Part shown: positions 1 to 11,348 of the stretch, piece after piece | Position numbering within the stretch: the stretch's first letter is position 1 | Layout: every line of letters starts with the position of its first letter | Assembly: GCF_000354175.2 (NCBI RefSeq) | Contig: NC_022349.1 | Coordinates: 2,310,001 to 2,342,000, forward strand | DNA: 32,000 bases | Source of the DNA: Vibrio alginolyticus NBRC 15630 = ATCC 17749 | Lineage (GTDB): Bacteria > Pseudomonadota > Gammaproteobacteria > Enterobacterales > Vibrionaceae | Direction of reading: 5' to 3' | Position numbers and translations under genes: made by a program | The notes under the pieces: generated by a model | What the model was told of the DNA's origin: nothing | What the model saw: the letters and a program-made list of their open reading frames with translations, nothing else | Database searches by the model: none

Positions 1-621
<621 letters not shown>

Positions 622-808
622 AAGATTTTGTTCGGCTCAATGAATACTGAACATTCCTTTCGCTAATAAATAGCAGAAGTAATGTTTGAATTGACTGTGC
701 TGAATCCGAAGATTCAATGGTCACTTCGTTTCATTGAAACCTAAATTGTTTCCGAAGAAACTATTTGGATTATCATCAACGAGTGCCCACACAGATTGAT
801 AGGTCTAT

Positions 809-821
809 ATTGTTAAAGAGC
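809..821 (-). promoter_or_regulatory. rrn leader boxA antitermination element
   Basis: The minus strand reads GCTCTTTAACAAT, matching the E. coli rrn boxA core as I recall it. It lies ~190 nt upstream of mature 16S and downstream of both promoters. Confidence 0.75.
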
Positions 822-855
822 TTTCCTGTTGAGCTTTGCTCAAAACAGGACGGCC

Positions 856-883
856 ATTTTAGCGAGTTAAAGTTTAGTGTCAA
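856..883 (-). promoter_or_regulatory. rrn promoter P2 (sigma70 type)
   Basis: The minus strand reads TTGACA (883-878), 16 nt, TAAAAT (861-856), then the GC-rich discriminator GGCCGTCC. An A-rich tract lies upstream. Confidence 0.6.
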
Positions 884-996
884 TCACTTTTTTCAAACTT
901 TCTTCAAGCGTTTCCGCTTGGCTAACTTGGCTTGCTAACTTGGCTTCTTACTTTCGAAACTTAAGCTTCGAAGCGTTGCCGTGTCAGCGAGGTGGC

Positions 997-1075
997 ATTA
1001 TAGAGATTGCGATCACATTGGCAAGCCCTTTTTCTCGTTTTTTTTGATTTTTTTATCGTTTGGGTGTTTTTTATT
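997..1075 (-). promoter_or_regulatory. rrn promoter P1 with A-tract UP-element-like region
   Basis: The minus strand reads TTGCCA (1024-1019), 16 nt, TATAAT (1002-997), then the GC-rich discriminator GCCACCTCGC. Positions 1025-1075 are T-runs on the + strand, giving A-tracts upstream of the -35. Confidence 0.65.
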
Positions 1076-1144
1076 CTAAAAGGCGAGTTTTCACTACTAT
1101 TCTACCTCCATACACCCTGTAATCGCCCTGAATAAGGAAAAAAG

Positions 1145-1693
1145 ATGAGCTCAATGAGAAGCTACAAAGGTATAAAGCCTGAACTTGGTGAGCGTGTTTA
1201 CGTTGACCCAACCTCTGTTTTAGTCGGTGATATCCGAATTGGCGATGATTCTAGCATTTGGCCATTGGTAGCAGCGCGAGGCGATGTAAACCACATTCAC
1301 ATTGGTGATCGAACGAATATTCAAGATGGCAGTGTTTTGCATGTCACCCATAAGAACGCCGAAAACCCAAACGGCTACCCATTGATTATTGGTAATGACG
1401 TTACGATTGGCCACAAAGTGATGCTGCACGGTTGTGAGATCCACGATCGTGTTTTGGTTGGTATGGGAGCTATTGTTTTAGATGCTGTTGTAATTGAGTC
1501 AGAGGTGATGATCGGAGCAGGCAGTTTAGTGCCACCTGGGAAAGTATTAGAAAGTGGCTACTTATATGTTGGAAGCCCAGTAAAACAAGCTCGCCCTCTA
1601 TCAGAAAAAGAACGAGCTTTCTTGCAAAAGTCTGCCAACAACTATGTGCAGAACAAAAACGACTACTTAAATGAAGTAAAAGACTTGAACTAA
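1145..1693 (+). CDS. yrdA: gamma-carbonic-anhydrase-like hexapeptide-repeat protein (YrdA family)
   Basis: 182-aa ORF with an ATG preceded by AAGGAAAAAAG. It shows left-handed beta-helix hexapeptide repeats (IGDDSSI, IGDRTNI, IGNDVTI, IGAGSLV). It sits next to yrdB-aroE, as in E. coli. Confidence 0.9.
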   Translation: MSSMRSYKGIKPELGERVYVDPTSVLVGDIRIGDDSSIWPLVAARGDVNHIHIGDRTNIQDGSVLHVTHKNAENPNGYPLIIGNDVTIGHKVMLHGCEIHDRVLVGMGAIVLDAVVIESEVMIGAGSLVPPGKVLESGYLYVGSPVKQARPLSEKERAFLQKSANNYVQNKNDYLNEVKDLN

Positions 1694-1700
1694 AACCCTG

Positions 1701-1964
1701 TTAACCGATGATGATATGGCCTTCTTCGTTGAAGGCTTCATCTTCTATTAGCTCTTCAGCCATTTCTTCTAGGTCGAATCTGTAATCAGTAAACACTTTA
1801 ATTGCCGCTTGCTCAGTTTCAATCAGTGAACCACTGAGCTTTTCTAACTTTTGTTTCGTCACAAAGCACTCTATTAGTGCGCCTGATTGTTGCGCCGAAA
1901 AGTTTACCGATTGTGATACTTCATCCCATGATTGAATATCTGGGAATAAGATGGATTGATTCAT
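1701..1964 (-). CDS. yrdB: small DUF1488/YrdB-like protein
   Basis: 87-aa acidic ORF starting 3 nt after the aroE stop. It has the same size and position as E. coli yrdB downstream of aroE. Confidence 0.7.
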   Translation of the reverse strand: MNQSILFPDIQSWDEVSQSVNFSAQQSGALIECFVTKQKLEKLSGSLIETEQAAIKVFTDYRFDLEEMAEELIEDEAFNEEGHIIIG

Positions 1965-1967
1965 CGC

Positions 1968-2801
1968 TTATTGACCTTCAAGATTCTTTCTTAGTTCTCT
2001 GAGAATTTGTTTGGCACCAGGACGTAAGCCACGCCAGAGCATAAAGCTTTCCGCAGCCTGCCCAACTAACATTCCAAGACCGTCATACGCATGAGCGGCA
2101 CCATTCTCTTTTGCCCATAAGTTAAAGCTCGTCACCCCTTTGCCATAAATCATGTCATAGCTTGTACTGTTAGCGGCAAAGATGGAGGATGAAATAGTCG
2201 GCAGTTCACCACTAAGAGAAGCGGATGTGGAGTTAATGATGACATCATACTCTTCATCAATACTTGCCATCTCTTTGGCGAGGATAGGACCGTGAGAGAC
2301 AAACAGCTCTGCGAGCTCTTGTGCTTTACTAAAGGTACGGTTGGTAATGGTTAAAGAGGTCGGCTTTTGATCGAGTAGTGGCTTAATAACACCACGAGCT
2401 GCACCACCAGCACCAATAATTAGGATTCGCGCACCTTCCAATACAACCTGATGCTGAAGCAGATCTTGCACTAAACCTGCACCATCAGTGTTGTCACCGA
2501 TGATTTCACCATCGTCTAACTTCTTGAGGGTATTTACCGCGCCTGCTAACTGAGCCCGTTCTGTCAATCGACTAGCAAATTGATAAGCATCTTCTTTAAA
2601 TGGCATAGTGATGTTGCACCCCTTGCCACCTTCAGCAAAAAACACCTTCGCCGCGTCAATAAAACCATCAACAGGTGCACTTTCTGCGGTATACACCAAA
2701 GATTGATTAGTTTGACGAGCAAACAAGGTGTGAATGAATGGCGACTTACTGTGTCCGATAGGATTACCAAACACGGCATAGCGATCGATTTGCTGGGTCA
2801 T
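1968..2801 (-). CDS. aroE: shikimate 5-dehydrogenase
   Basis: 277 aa with the N-terminal [14 protein letters not shown] motif and the [12 protein letters not shown]-binding loop. Confidence 0.95.
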   Translation of the reverse strand: MTQQIDRYAVFGNPIGHSKSPFIHTLFARQTNQSLVYTAESAPVDGFIDAAKVFFAEGGKGCNITMPFKEDAYQFASRLTERAQLAGAVNTLKKLDDGEIIGDNTDGAGLVQDLLQHQVVLEGARILIIGAGGAARGVIKPLLDQKPTSLTITNRTFSKAQELAELFVSHGPILAKEMASIDEEYDVIINSTSASLSGELPTISSSIFAANSTSYDMIYGKGVTSFNLWAKENGAAHAYDGLGMLVGQAAESFMLWRGLRPGAKQILRELRKNLEGQ

Positions 2802-2830
2802 TTCCTTACCTTTGTTCCTTACTTAGATAT

Positions 2831-2865
2831 AGAGAAAACAGGGCCACCTGATTACAGATGACCCT
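2831..2865 (-). terminator. weak hairpin plus short U-run between hemF and aroE (possible partial terminator)
   Basis: The minus strand reads AGGGTCA, a 12-nt loop, TGGCCCT (one G-U pair), then GTTTTCTCT. Confidence 0.3.
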
Positions 2866-2902
2866 ATCACTATCTATCTATATAGAAAAGGAGATTCCGT
2901 GC

Positions 2903-3823
<921 letters not shown>

Positions 3824-3867
3824 TTATTACCTATTACGTGAAACCTAATGATGGCTGGCTAGCAGGG

Positions 3868-4425
3868 TTAACCCTGTCTTAATATTTGTGAAGTTTTGGC
3901 GTCACGAATCTCGCTGGGTTTATCACGACCGCTGGTCTCGCCACGAAGAATGGCGACCAGCTTATCACCCAACTGCTCTTCGACTTCTTCCGTGGTCATA
4001 CACGGTGGTAAGCCGGAAAGATTCGCGCTGGTAGAGGTTAACGGCTTTCCGAATGCATTACACATTTTTTGCACCAAAGGATGATCAGTCACACGAACCG
4101 CAATTGAATCAAACTGCCCTGAAACCCAGTTGGATACTTTATCGCTCGCTGGCATGATCCAAGTGTATGGGCCTGGCCAAGTGGCATGAACAGTCTGTAA
4201 TTGTTCTTCAGTCAACTGAGATTCATCAATATAAGGCAAGAGCTGATCATAACTTGCCGCGATTAGAATCAGCCCTTTTTCTACCGGACGCTGCTTGAGC
4301 TCTAATAGCTTTTGAATTGCTTCTGGGTTATCTGGATCACATCCGACACCAAAAACCCCTTCTGTTGGATAGGCAATCACTTCGCCTTGCTTGAGTGCGT
4401 TGAGCACTTGTTCAAAGTTATCCAC
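3868..4425 (-). CDS. tsaC: L-threonylcarbamoyladenylate synthase type 1 (t6A)
   Basis: 185 aa with the YrdC/Sua5 motif YPTEGVFGVGCDP. The start is GTG at 4425, with AGGAAG 6 nt upstream. Confidence 0.92.
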   Translation of the reverse strand: MDNFEQVLNALKQGEVIAYPTEGVFGVGCDPDNPEAIQKLLELKQRPVEKGLILIAASYDQLLPYIDESQLTEEQLQTVHATWPGPYTWIMPASDKVSNWVSGQFDSIAVRVTDHPLVQKMCNAFGKPLTSTSANLSGLPPCMTTEEVEEQLGDKLVAILRGETSGRDKPSEIRDAKTSQILRQG

Positions 4426-4536
4426 CGATTACTTCCTATTTGTTTGACTGTGTTGTTTTCACTAAGTGTACAAATATTCATTCTCAGACACTAAAGCAAT
4501 TTTTTTATAAAATGTATCAATAGCGCCAACAACAAG

Positions 4537-4552
4537 ACGCAAACGTTTGCTT
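4537..4552. promoter_or_regulatory. PurR operator overlapping the purEK promoter -35
   Basis: ACGCAAACGTTTGCTT fits every fixed position of the PurR box ANGCAAACGTTTNCNT. TATAAT lies at 4569-4574, 16-17 nt downstream of the overlapping TTGCTT. Confidence 0.7.
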
Positions 4553-4624
4553 GAGATAAAAATCCCCGTATAATGCGCACAAATTTATAGCTCACCTAAT
4601 TTTTGCAGCTTAAAGGAGTTTGAG

Positions 4625-5110
4625 ATGAAAGTCGGTATCATCATGGGTTCTAAATCCGATTGGCCAACCATGAAACTAGCAGCGGACATGCTAGACCAAT
4701 TTGGCGTGCCTTACGAAACAAAAGTCGTGTCAGCACACCGAACTCCTCAATTACTGTCTGACTACGCTAGTGGCGCAAAAGAACGCGGCATCAAAGTTAT
4801 CATCGCAGGCGCAGGTGGTGCAGCCCACCTACCAGGTATGGCGGCGGCGTTTACTAGTTTGCCAGTGCTTGGGGTTCCCGTTCAGTCTCGTGCACTGAAA
4901 GGTATGGATTCACTGCTTTCTATTGTACAGATGCCAAAGGGAATTGCGGTTGGTACATTGGCGATTGGCGAAGCGGGCGCAGCAAACGCCGGTATCCTAG
5001 CAGCGCAAATCCTAGGCACTCATGATGAAAACATCATGGCGAAGGTAGAAGCATTCCGTAATGAGCAAACGGAAACAGTTCTCGCAAATCCAAACCCTGC
5101 AGAGGATTAA
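4625..5110 (+). CDS. purE: N5-carboxyaminoimidazole ribonucleotide mutase
   Basis: 161 aa with the GSKSDW and [10 protein letters not shown] motifs and an AAAGGAG Shine-Dalgarno. Confidence 0.96.
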   Translation: MKVGIIMGSKSDWPTMKLAADMLDQFGVPYETKVVSAHRTPQLLSDYASGAKERGIKVIIAGAGGAAHLPGMAAAFTSLPVLGVPVQSRALKGMDSLLSIVQMPKGIAVGTLAIGEAGAANAGILAAQILGTHDENIMAKVEAFRNEQTETVLANPNPAED

Positions 5111-5114
5111 TCAG

Positions 5115-6248
5115 ATGCATGTACTGGTTCTTGGTGCGGGTCAGTTGGCTCGTATGATGTCTCTGGCTGGTGCGCCACTGAATATTCAAATTTCAGCTTA
5201 CGATGTCACCAACGGTGATGTCGTTCACCCTTTAACTCAACAGGTACTTGGCCATGGTTTGGAAAATGCGATTACGCAAGTTGATGTGATTACTGCCGAG
5301 TTCGAGCATATTCCACATGACGTGCTCAAGGTTTGCGAAGCGAGCGGCAAGTTCCTACCAAGTACGCAAGCCATCAAAGCAGGTGGTGATCGCCGTATTG
5401 AAAAGGCACTGCTTGATGATGCTGGCGTGCGCAACGCGAAATACTACGTCATTGAAACTCGTGAAGACTTTGAGCGCGCAATTGAACACGTTGGTATGCC
5501 AATGGTTCTGAAAAGTGCATTAGGTGGTTACGATGGTAAAGGCCAATGGCGCTTAAAAGAAGCTTCTCAAGTCGACGACATTTGGACTGAGATGGCAGAG
5601 TGCATCGCGGCAACACCAACTCAAGCGATTGTTGCTGAAGAGTTTGTTCCTTTTAACCGCGAAGTATCACTGGTTGGTGCTCGAAGCAAAGATGGCAGTG
5701 TGGAAGTGTATCCTCTGGCAGAGAACGTCCACACCAACGGTGTATTGAGTCTTTCTACTGCGATTGATGCGCCAAGGTTACAGGAACAAGCAAAGCAAAT
5801 GTTCACGGCAGTCGCAGATAGCCTAGATTACGTTGGCGTATTAGCGCTTGAGTTCTTTGATGTCGATGGGGCACTTTTAGTGAATGAGATTGCTCCACGC
5901 GTGCACAACTCTGGTCACTGGACACAGCAAGGTGCAGAAACGTGTCAGTTTGAAAACCATCTGCGCGCAGTGTGCGGCTTACCATTAGGCAGTACGAAAT
6001 TGGTTCGTGAAACCTCAATGATTAATATTCTTGGTGAAGACACACTACCAGAAGCATTGTTATTAATGGATGGTTGCCACCTTCATTGGTATGGCAAAGA
6101 GAAACGTGCAGGTCGCAAGATGGGACACATCAACGTGTGTGGCGACTACCCAGGAGAATTGCACCGTAGGTTGTGCGCTCTGGCAGACATCTTAGACCCA
6201 ATAGCTTTCCCAGCCGTGCAAGCGTTCGCTAAACAGCCTCAACACTAA
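5115..6248 (+). CDS. purK: N5-carboxyaminoimidazole ribonucleotide synthase (ATP-grasp)
   Basis: The track ORF starts at 5061, inside purE. The ATG at 5115 gives [14 protein letters not shown], the canonical PurK N-terminus, 4 nt after the purE stop. Confidence 0.93.
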   Translation: MHVLVLGAGQLARMMSLAGAPLNIQISAYDVTNGDVVHPLTQQVLGHGLENAITQVDVITAEFEHIPHDVLKVCEASGKFLPSTQAIKAGGDRRIEKALLDDAGVRNAKYYVIETREDFERAIEHVGMPMVLKSALGGYDGKGQWRLKEASQVDDIWTEMAECIAATPTQAIVAEEFVPFNREVSLVGARSKDGSVEVYPLAENVHTNGVLSLSTAIDAPRLQEQAKQMFTAVADSLDYVGVLALEFFDVDGALLVNEIAPRVHNSGHWTQQGAETCQFENHLRAVCGLPLGSTKLVRETSMINILGEDTLPEALLLMDGCHLHWYGKEKRAGRKMGHINVCGDYPGELHRRLCALADILDPIAFPAVQAFAKQPQH

Positions 6249-6269
6249 CGTTTGGCAGCAAAAAAATAA

Positions 6270-6298
6270 AAAAAGGGTCGCACGATGCGACCCTTTTT
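6270..6298. terminator. bidirectional intrinsic terminator between convergent purK and yrdD
   Basis: An A-run, GGGTCGCA, a short loop, TGCGACCC, then TTTTT. The A and T tracts on the two sides serve both strands. Confidence 0.8.
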
Positions 6299-6314
6299 AA
6301 TTCCTTTGATGTAT

Positions 6315-6884
6315 TTACCCTTGTTGGGTGTGCTGGCACTTACGGTTGGCACATTGCAATTTCACACCACTGGCGAGTTTCTTCTCCACCAACAAAGTAA
6401 AACCACATTCTTCGCATCGCCCCTTGACCGGAGCAAGGTTCACAGCAAATTTGCATTTAGGGTAGTTATCACACGCGTAGAATGTTTTGCCAAATCGGGT
6501 TTTACGCTCAACCAAATGTCCTTTGCCACATTCAGGGCAAGCGTGTTGCTCTTGTGACTGCGCCTCTGGCTCTGGTTGATTAATCGACTCAATATGATGA
6601 CAAGCCGGGTAATGGCTACAACCAACGAACATACCGTAGCGCCCTTGGCGGAGAACCAACTCATTGCCACACTCAGGACAAGGCACACCCAACTCTTTCA
6701 CGATGTGACCATCATTGCTGTGTAGCGGTTTAATGTAATCACAGCTTGGGTAATGGTTACAGCCGAGAAATGGGCCATGTTTTCCGTGCTTGAGAGTCAG
6801 CTCACCACCACATTTTGGACACGGCTCGTGCTCCAAAGCGTGTTCATGGGCAGAGAAAAGGGTGTTGTCGATTTTACTACTCAT
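6315..6884 (-). CDS. yrdD: topoisomerase-I-type zinc-ribbon protein (YrdD family)
   Basis: Four repeats of CPxCG...C..YP.C zinc-ribbon modules. The track start at 6911 is a TTG, and the first ATG is at 6884 (MSSKIDN...). The position between purK and smg matches E. coli yrdD-smg. Confidence 0.8.
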   Translation of the reverse strand: MSSKIDNTLFSAHEHALEHEPCPKCGGELTLKHGKHGPFLGCNHYPSCDYIKPLHSNDGHIVKELGVPCPECGNELVLRQGRYGMFVGCSHYPACHHIESINQPEPEAQSQEQHACPECGKGHLVERKTRFGKTFYACDNYPKCKFAVNLAPVKGRCEECGFTLLVEKKLASGVKLQCANRKCQHTQQG

Positions 6885-6960
6885 ACTTACCGTTTCGTGA
6901 AAAACACACAAAAAGACAAGCTCGCGTTTATTCTGGCTAAACTCGAACTTGCCCAGATGG

Positions 6961-7440
6961 TTAGTGAAGAATCCCTTGTTCCTTGGTGTACAACAGCTCT
7001 TCCATTAGCGTGTAAGCGTTTTCGTTGCCAGGCACATTAAACAGCACCATCAGAATGATCCATTTGAGGTCTTCAAGCTCAAACTCACTCGTTTCTAATC
7101 CCATCACTCGGTCAATCACCATTTCGCGAGTTTCTGTGGTTAACACATTGATTTGCTCGAGAAACAATAGAAATCCTCGGCATTCCAAATCTAAACGCTG
7201 CATCTCTTTCGCTGTGTAGATACGAGTTGATGACGAAGCCATGCAAGTCGAGATTGCAGAAGAGGTGTCACTTTGCTGCAATGCGGCAAGCTCTTCTAAC
7301 CAGACAAGGGCTTTGTAGATATCTTTTTGTTGGAAGCCTGCACGGAGCAATTCTTCTTCCAACTCGTCTTGTTCGACCTGTAACTCTGCATCGCTATGGA
7401 TGTAGGTTTCGAATAGATACATCAGTATATCCATCATCAT
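6961..7440 (-). CDS. smg: Smg protein (DUF494)
   Basis: The N-terminus ...[13 protein letters not shown] is typical of Smg. Three consecutive ATGs (7440, 7437, 7434) leave the exact start ambiguous. The gene begins 3 nt after the dprA stop. Confidence 0.9.
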   Translation of the reverse strand: MMMDILMYLFETYIHSDAELQVEQDELEEELLRAGFQQKDIYKALVWLEELAALQQSDTSSAISTCMASSSTRIYTAKEMQRLDLECRGFLLFLEQINVLTTETREMVIDRVMGLETSEFELEDLKWIILMVLFNVPGNENAYTLMEELLYTKEQGILH

Positions 7441-7442
7441 AG

Positions 7443-8552
7443 CTAGCCCCTCCCCTTTCGAATATAGCCACCTGAAACCGCAACGACATGCCCAGAGAGT
7501 TCTAACTCTAAGAGCTGCATCATGACTTCTTGGACAGGTATATTGGTCCTGTTTGCAAGAATATCAACCGGTGTAGCTTCACTTCCTACGTTAGCTAACA
7601 GCTGAGGAAATGGCAATTCTTCTTCATCATTTAACGTAGAAAATAAATCGGTACTCTGATTAATAGACCAATCAAGCAAGGACTGTATTTCATCTAAGAC
7701 ATCTTTCGTCTTTTCTACGAGGCAAGCGCCATGACGTATCAACTGGTTTCCACCGCAGGCATTGGGGGCATTGATTGACGCTGGCAGCGCAAATACTTCT
7801 CGACCTTGCTCAAGCGCGTAACGAGCTGTAATTAACGAGCCGCTCTTTTTCGCCGCCTCGACGACCAGTACACCAAGCGATAATCCACTAATAATACGAT
7901 TACGACGCGGGAAGTTTTCTGGGCGCGGCTTGGCATTAGGCCGAAACTCAGACACCAAAGCCCCGTGTTCAATAACACGTTGCGCTAAACTACGATGACG
8001 TGCTGGATAAATATTTGCTAAACCAGATCCTAGCACCGCAATCGTCTTACCACCCGCTTGCAACGCACCATCATGCGCATGACCATCAATGCCTAAAGCG
8101 AGACCACTGGTGACAATAAAATCGTGCTGAACAAACTCTGCAGCAAACTGACGTGCATGCTGTAATCCATCAATACTCGCATTTCGACTGCCAACCATCG
8201 CGATTTGTGGCTGAGAGAGACAAGTAGGGTTTCCTTGAACAAAAAGTAGAGGTGGCGGTGCAACGATTTGTTTGAGTTGAGGTGGATAACGCGGGTCAGT
8301 CAGTGTCAGGATATGATGATTTGTAGAAGCCTCAAGCCAGCTTAAACAAGCATCGACTTCTTTATCTGTTGAAGCCCAAGCTTGAATTTGCTTAGTTGTT
8401 AACCCAAGTTGTTGTAGCTGTTCAGGAGAGAAGTTTACGATGTTACGTGGCGTGTCTCTTGCCAGTAGCTTATTCATTTTGACGCCGCCAATGCCTGGTA
8501 AACAACTCAGTTTTAACCAGGCAGCGAGATCATCGTTATTTCGTCGATTCAT
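7443..8552 (-). CDS. dprA: DNA-processing protein A (transformation, RecA loader)
   Basis: 369 aa with the Rossmann-like core [15 protein letters not shown] and [10 protein letters not shown]. The dprA-smg gene order is conserved. Confidence 0.93.
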   Translation of the reverse strand: MNRRNNDDLAAWLKLSCLPGIGGVKMNKLLARDTPRNIVNFSPEQLQQLGLTTKQIQAWASTDKEVDACLSWLEASTNHHILTLTDPRYPPQLKQIVAPPPLLFVQGNPTCLSQPQIAMVGSRNASIDGLQHARQFAAEFVQHDFIVTSGLALGIDGHAHDGALQAGGKTIAVLGSGLANIYPARHRSLAQRVIEHGALVSEFRPNAKPRPENFPRRNRIISGLSLGVLVVEAAKKSGSLITARYALEQGREVFALPASINAPNACGGNQLIRHGACLVEKTKDVLDEIQSLLDWSINQSTDLFSTLNDEEELPFPQLLANVGSEATPVDILANRTNIPVQEVMMQLLELELSGHVVAVSGGYIRKGRG

Positions 8553-9630
8553 CGATGGTTAATTCGTCCGCCAACGGTGACACCACCGAAATATCTTGGT
8601 TAATGGGTTTCGTACTGTTAGTGATCAGTGCCAAGCTAAAGTACTCATAAGGACGAATGACCAGCAACTCACCAACTTTGCTTTGAGGCAAAGTGATTTT
8701 CTTATCAAGCACGCCAAACTCTTTCTTGAACTCATCGCCGTCTTTGTAAACTGGGTGCGCGTCTTCTTTTAAATCAAACACACTGCCTTGCTTCAGATTG
8801 TCTGACGTGCCTTTATCAATCACCACGACTTGGTTAGTTGAACTAAAGCGAATACCTTCGATATTACCTAGCAACTTTGCAGAACTGCCTTGTGGCGACG
8901 GCAGCGGATAGAACGTAGTCGTGAAGTCAGTATTCTCAACCGATTGATTTGGCAACGCGATATCGTTACGTAGGATTTCTTGCATTTGCGATGTAAGCTT
9001 CAAACCTGAATAATCACTCGAAGCTTCAACGAGCTCGCCTTTGGCAATCAAACGCAGCGCGGTAATCTCTTCGGACACATCGTCACGCGAAAAGGTAGCT
9101 ACTGGTCGGTAAATAGCCCAACCTGTCGCGGTCTGATTGCCATTGATATACAGCACATCTTCTGCAGTCAGATACTTACTGCCTTTGCTGCTACCCATCA
9201 CTTTTGCTGCTCTGTTCAACGAATCTTTATCTAGCAACCGATCCGATTTAAGGTAAGGCATCACCAAACCTTCCGCGACCGTTGGTACGGCTTTCTTTTC
9301 TGTGATGCGAGCTTTCGGGCTCAGCTTCTTAACCGGTTTTAGGCTCAACACGGGCTGACCGTTAATCCACACCAAAGACAGCTTGTCACCGGGATAAATT
9401 AAATGAGGGTTATCGATTTCCGGGTTTACTTGCCATAAACGAGGCCACAACCACGGGCTATCTAAGTACATGGCCGAAATATCCCATAGCGTATCGCCCT
9501 TCACAACTACATATGTTTGTGGCGCATCATCTTTAACAGTCAGTGGGTTCGCATCCACATTTGCTACAGCGTTGAAAGAGAAAAGTAACGGCAACGTAAC
9601 ACTGGCAACGTTGCGGAAAATTCGATTCAT
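8536..9630 (-). CDS. exported LysM peptidoglycan-binding protein (TsaP-like architecture)
   Basis: The track ORF was trimmed to the ATG at 9630 (Shine-Dalgarno AGGACGAGGG). It gives the signal peptide [23 protein letters not shown], then a LysM domain ([17 protein letters not shown]...YPGDKLSL). The stop lies 17 nt inside dprA. Confidence 0.8.
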   Translation of the reverse strand: MNRIFRNVASVTLPLLFSFNAVANVDANPLTVKDDAPQTYVVVKGDTLWDISAMYLDSPWLWPRLWQVNPEIDNPHLIYPGDKLSLVWINGQPVLSLKPVKKLSPKARITEKKAVPTVAEGLVMPYLKSDRLLDKDSLNRAAKVMGSSKGSKYLTAEDVLYINGNQTATGWAIYRPVATFSRDDVSEEITALRLIAKGELVEASSDYSGLKLTSQMQEILRNDIALPNQSVENTDFTTTFYPLPSPQGSSAKLLGNIEGIRFSSTNQVVVIDKGTSDNLKQGSVFDLKEDAHPVYKDGDEFKKEFGVLDKKITLPQSKVGELLVIRPYEYFSLALITNSTKPINQDISVVSPLADELTIDESTK

Positions 9631-9768
9631 GACCCTCGTCCTTGGTCTATTAAGCAGGAACCAGAATGGAAATTGGTGCAAGGATGCTGTCATTTAGGCT
9701 ATAAAATGTCTAGAATTGAGCCAACAAGGTTTGTGCTGTTTCGGCACAGTTCAATATTTCGAGTGAAT

Positions 9769-10287
9769 ATGTCTGTATTACAAGTATTAACATTCCCGGA
9801 TGATCGCCTGCGCACAGTCGCAAAGCCTGTTGAAGCGGTGACACCTGAGATTCAAAAAATCGTCGATGACATGATTGAAACCATGTACGACGAAGAAGGT
9901 ATTGGCCTTGCTGCAACGCAGGTTGATATCCACAAACGTATCGTAGTGATTGATATTTCAGAAACTCGCGATGAGCCGATGGTGCTAATCAACCCTGAGA
10001 TTCTGGAAAAGCGTGGCGAAGATGGCATCGAAGAAGGCTGTCTGTCGGTACCAGGTGCGCGCGCACTTGTGCCTCGCGCTGCAGAAGTTACCGTTAAAGC
10101 ACTGGATCGTGATGGCAAAGAGTTCACCTTTGAAGCCGACGACCTGCTAGCGATTTGTGTTCAACACGAGCTTGATCACCTACAAGGTAAGCTATTCGTG
10201 GATTACCTATCACCACTGAAACGCAAACGCATTCAGGACAAGCTAGCAAAAATCAAACGCTTTAACGAGAAGCAGCAAAACGCTTAA
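9769..10287 (+). CDS. def: peptide deformylase
   Basis: Trimmed to the ATG at 9769 ([15 protein letters not shown]). The [16 protein letters not shown] and QHELDH motifs are present. Confidence 0.96.
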   Translation: MSVLQVLTFPDDRLRTVAKPVEAVTPEIQKIVDDMIETMYDEEGIGLAATQVDIHKRIVVIDISETRDEPMVLINPEILEKRGEDGIEEGCLSVPGARALVPRAAEVTVKALDRDGKEFTFEADDLLAICVQHELDHLQGKLFVDYLSPLKRKRIQDKLAKIKRFNEKQQNA

Positions 10288-10320
10288 TCTCGAACCATAC
10301 CAATTAGAAGGAAGTCTACC

Positions 10321-11268
10321 TTGAGTCAGTCTTTACGAATTGTCTTTGCAGGTACTCCGGATTTCGCCGCCCGTCACTTGGCGGCGTTGTTGTCTTCGGA
10401 GCATGAAGTCATCGCGGTTTACACAAACCCAGATCGTCCAGCGGGTCGTGGCAAAAAATTGGCTGCGCCACCGGTAAAACAACTGGCGCTAGAACACAAT
10501 ATCCCGGTTTACCAACCTGAAAGCTTTAAGTCCGACGAAGCGAAACAAGAACTTGCCGATCTGAACGCCGACCTCATGGTTGTCGTGGCGTACGGTATGC
10601 TGCTGCCACAAGCGGTTCTTGATACCCCTAAACTGGGTTGTATCAACGTACATGGTTCTATCCTACCTCGTTGGCGTGGTGCGGCTCCAATCCAACGCTC
10701 TATTTGGGCGGGCGATGCAGAAACTGGCGTGACCATCATGCAGATGGATATCGGTCTCGACACTGGTGATATGCTGAAGATTGCAACTCTGCCAATCGAA
10801 GCGACAGATACCAGCGCTTCAATGTACGAAAAATTGGCTGAGCTTGGTCCAGAAGCTCTGATTGACTGCCTAGCAGACATTGCTGCGGGTAAAGCAGTGC
10901 TAGTGAAGCAAGACGATGAGCTCGCGAACTATGCGAAAAAACTCAGCAAAGAAGAAGCACGCATCAACTGGAACGACGATGCGGCGCACATTGAGCGCTG
11001 CGTTCGCGCATTTAACCCATGGCCAATGAGCCACTTTGAGGCGGCAGAAAACAGCATCAAAGTATGGCAAAGCCGTGTGGCAGAGCAAACCAGTGACAAG
11101 CCAGCCGGCACCATCGTGCAAGCAGATAAAACCGGTATTTATGTTGCGACAGGCAACGGCGTACTGGTGCTAGAGCAACTGCAAGTTCCTGGCAAAAAAG
11201 CCATGTCAGTTCAGGATATTCTGAATTCGCGTGCGGCTTGGTTTGAAGTTGGCACTCTGCTGGTTTAA
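10321..11268 (+). CDS. fmt: methionyl-tRNA formyltransferase
   Basis: TTG start with GAAGGAAG 6 nt upstream. It contains [10 protein letters not shown] and [16 protein letters not shown]. Confidence 0.96.
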   Translation: MSQSLRIVFAGTPDFAARHLAALLSSEHEVIAVYTNPDRPAGRGKKLAAPPVKQLALEHNIPVYQPESFKSDEAKQELADLNADLMVVVAYGMLLPQAVLDTPKLGCINVHGSILPRWRGAAPIQRSIWAGDAETGVTIMQMDIGLDTGDMLKIATLPIEATDTSASMYEKLAELGPEALIDCLADIAAGKAVLVKQDDELANYAKKLSKEEARINWNDDAAHIERCVRAFNPWPMSHFEAAENSIKVWQSRVAEQTSDKPAGTIVQADKTGIYVATGNGVLVLEQLQVPGKKAMSVQDILNSRAAWFEVGTLLV

Positions 11269-11348
11269 GCCATACTAGGGGTTATTATCCCCGATTATAC
11301 GAACTTTTAGAGGGCAGAGATGCCCTCCTTTACTTTAAGGTACTCATC

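Noticed and set aside
4418-4426. TTATCCACC, a near DnaA box
   Set aside because: It is a single copy with a mismatch at the last position. It is simply the complement of the tsaC GTG start and first codons.
5061-5114. N-terminal extensions of track ORFs (purK 5061, def 9673, LysM 9693, yihD 18243, comM 25643, yrdD 6911, Spo0M-like 17717, hlyIII 16828, yihG 22940)
   Set aside because: The extensions overlap upstream genes or begin at TTG/GTG without a Shine-Dalgarno. Downstream ATGs restore canonical family N-termini and have proper Shine-Dalgarno sequences.
6334-6358. Two TGGCAC motifs resembling sigma54 -24 elements
   Set aside because: The spacing to any TTGC-like -12 element is wrong (8 nt, or off by one with TTGG). 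The motifs also lie inside the yrdD coding region, on the opposite strand.
10509-10880. 123-aa minus-strand ORF (similar cases at 14069-14374, 15535-15822, 19379-19711, 25923-26132 and 31382-31795)
   Set aside because: These are fully nested antisense to well-supported genes (fmt, trkH, the exported protein, ccoG, the ilv leader/ilvG and ilvA). They have Ser/Arg/Ala-rich or hydrophobic mirror-frame composition and no Shine-Dalgarno or promoter context.
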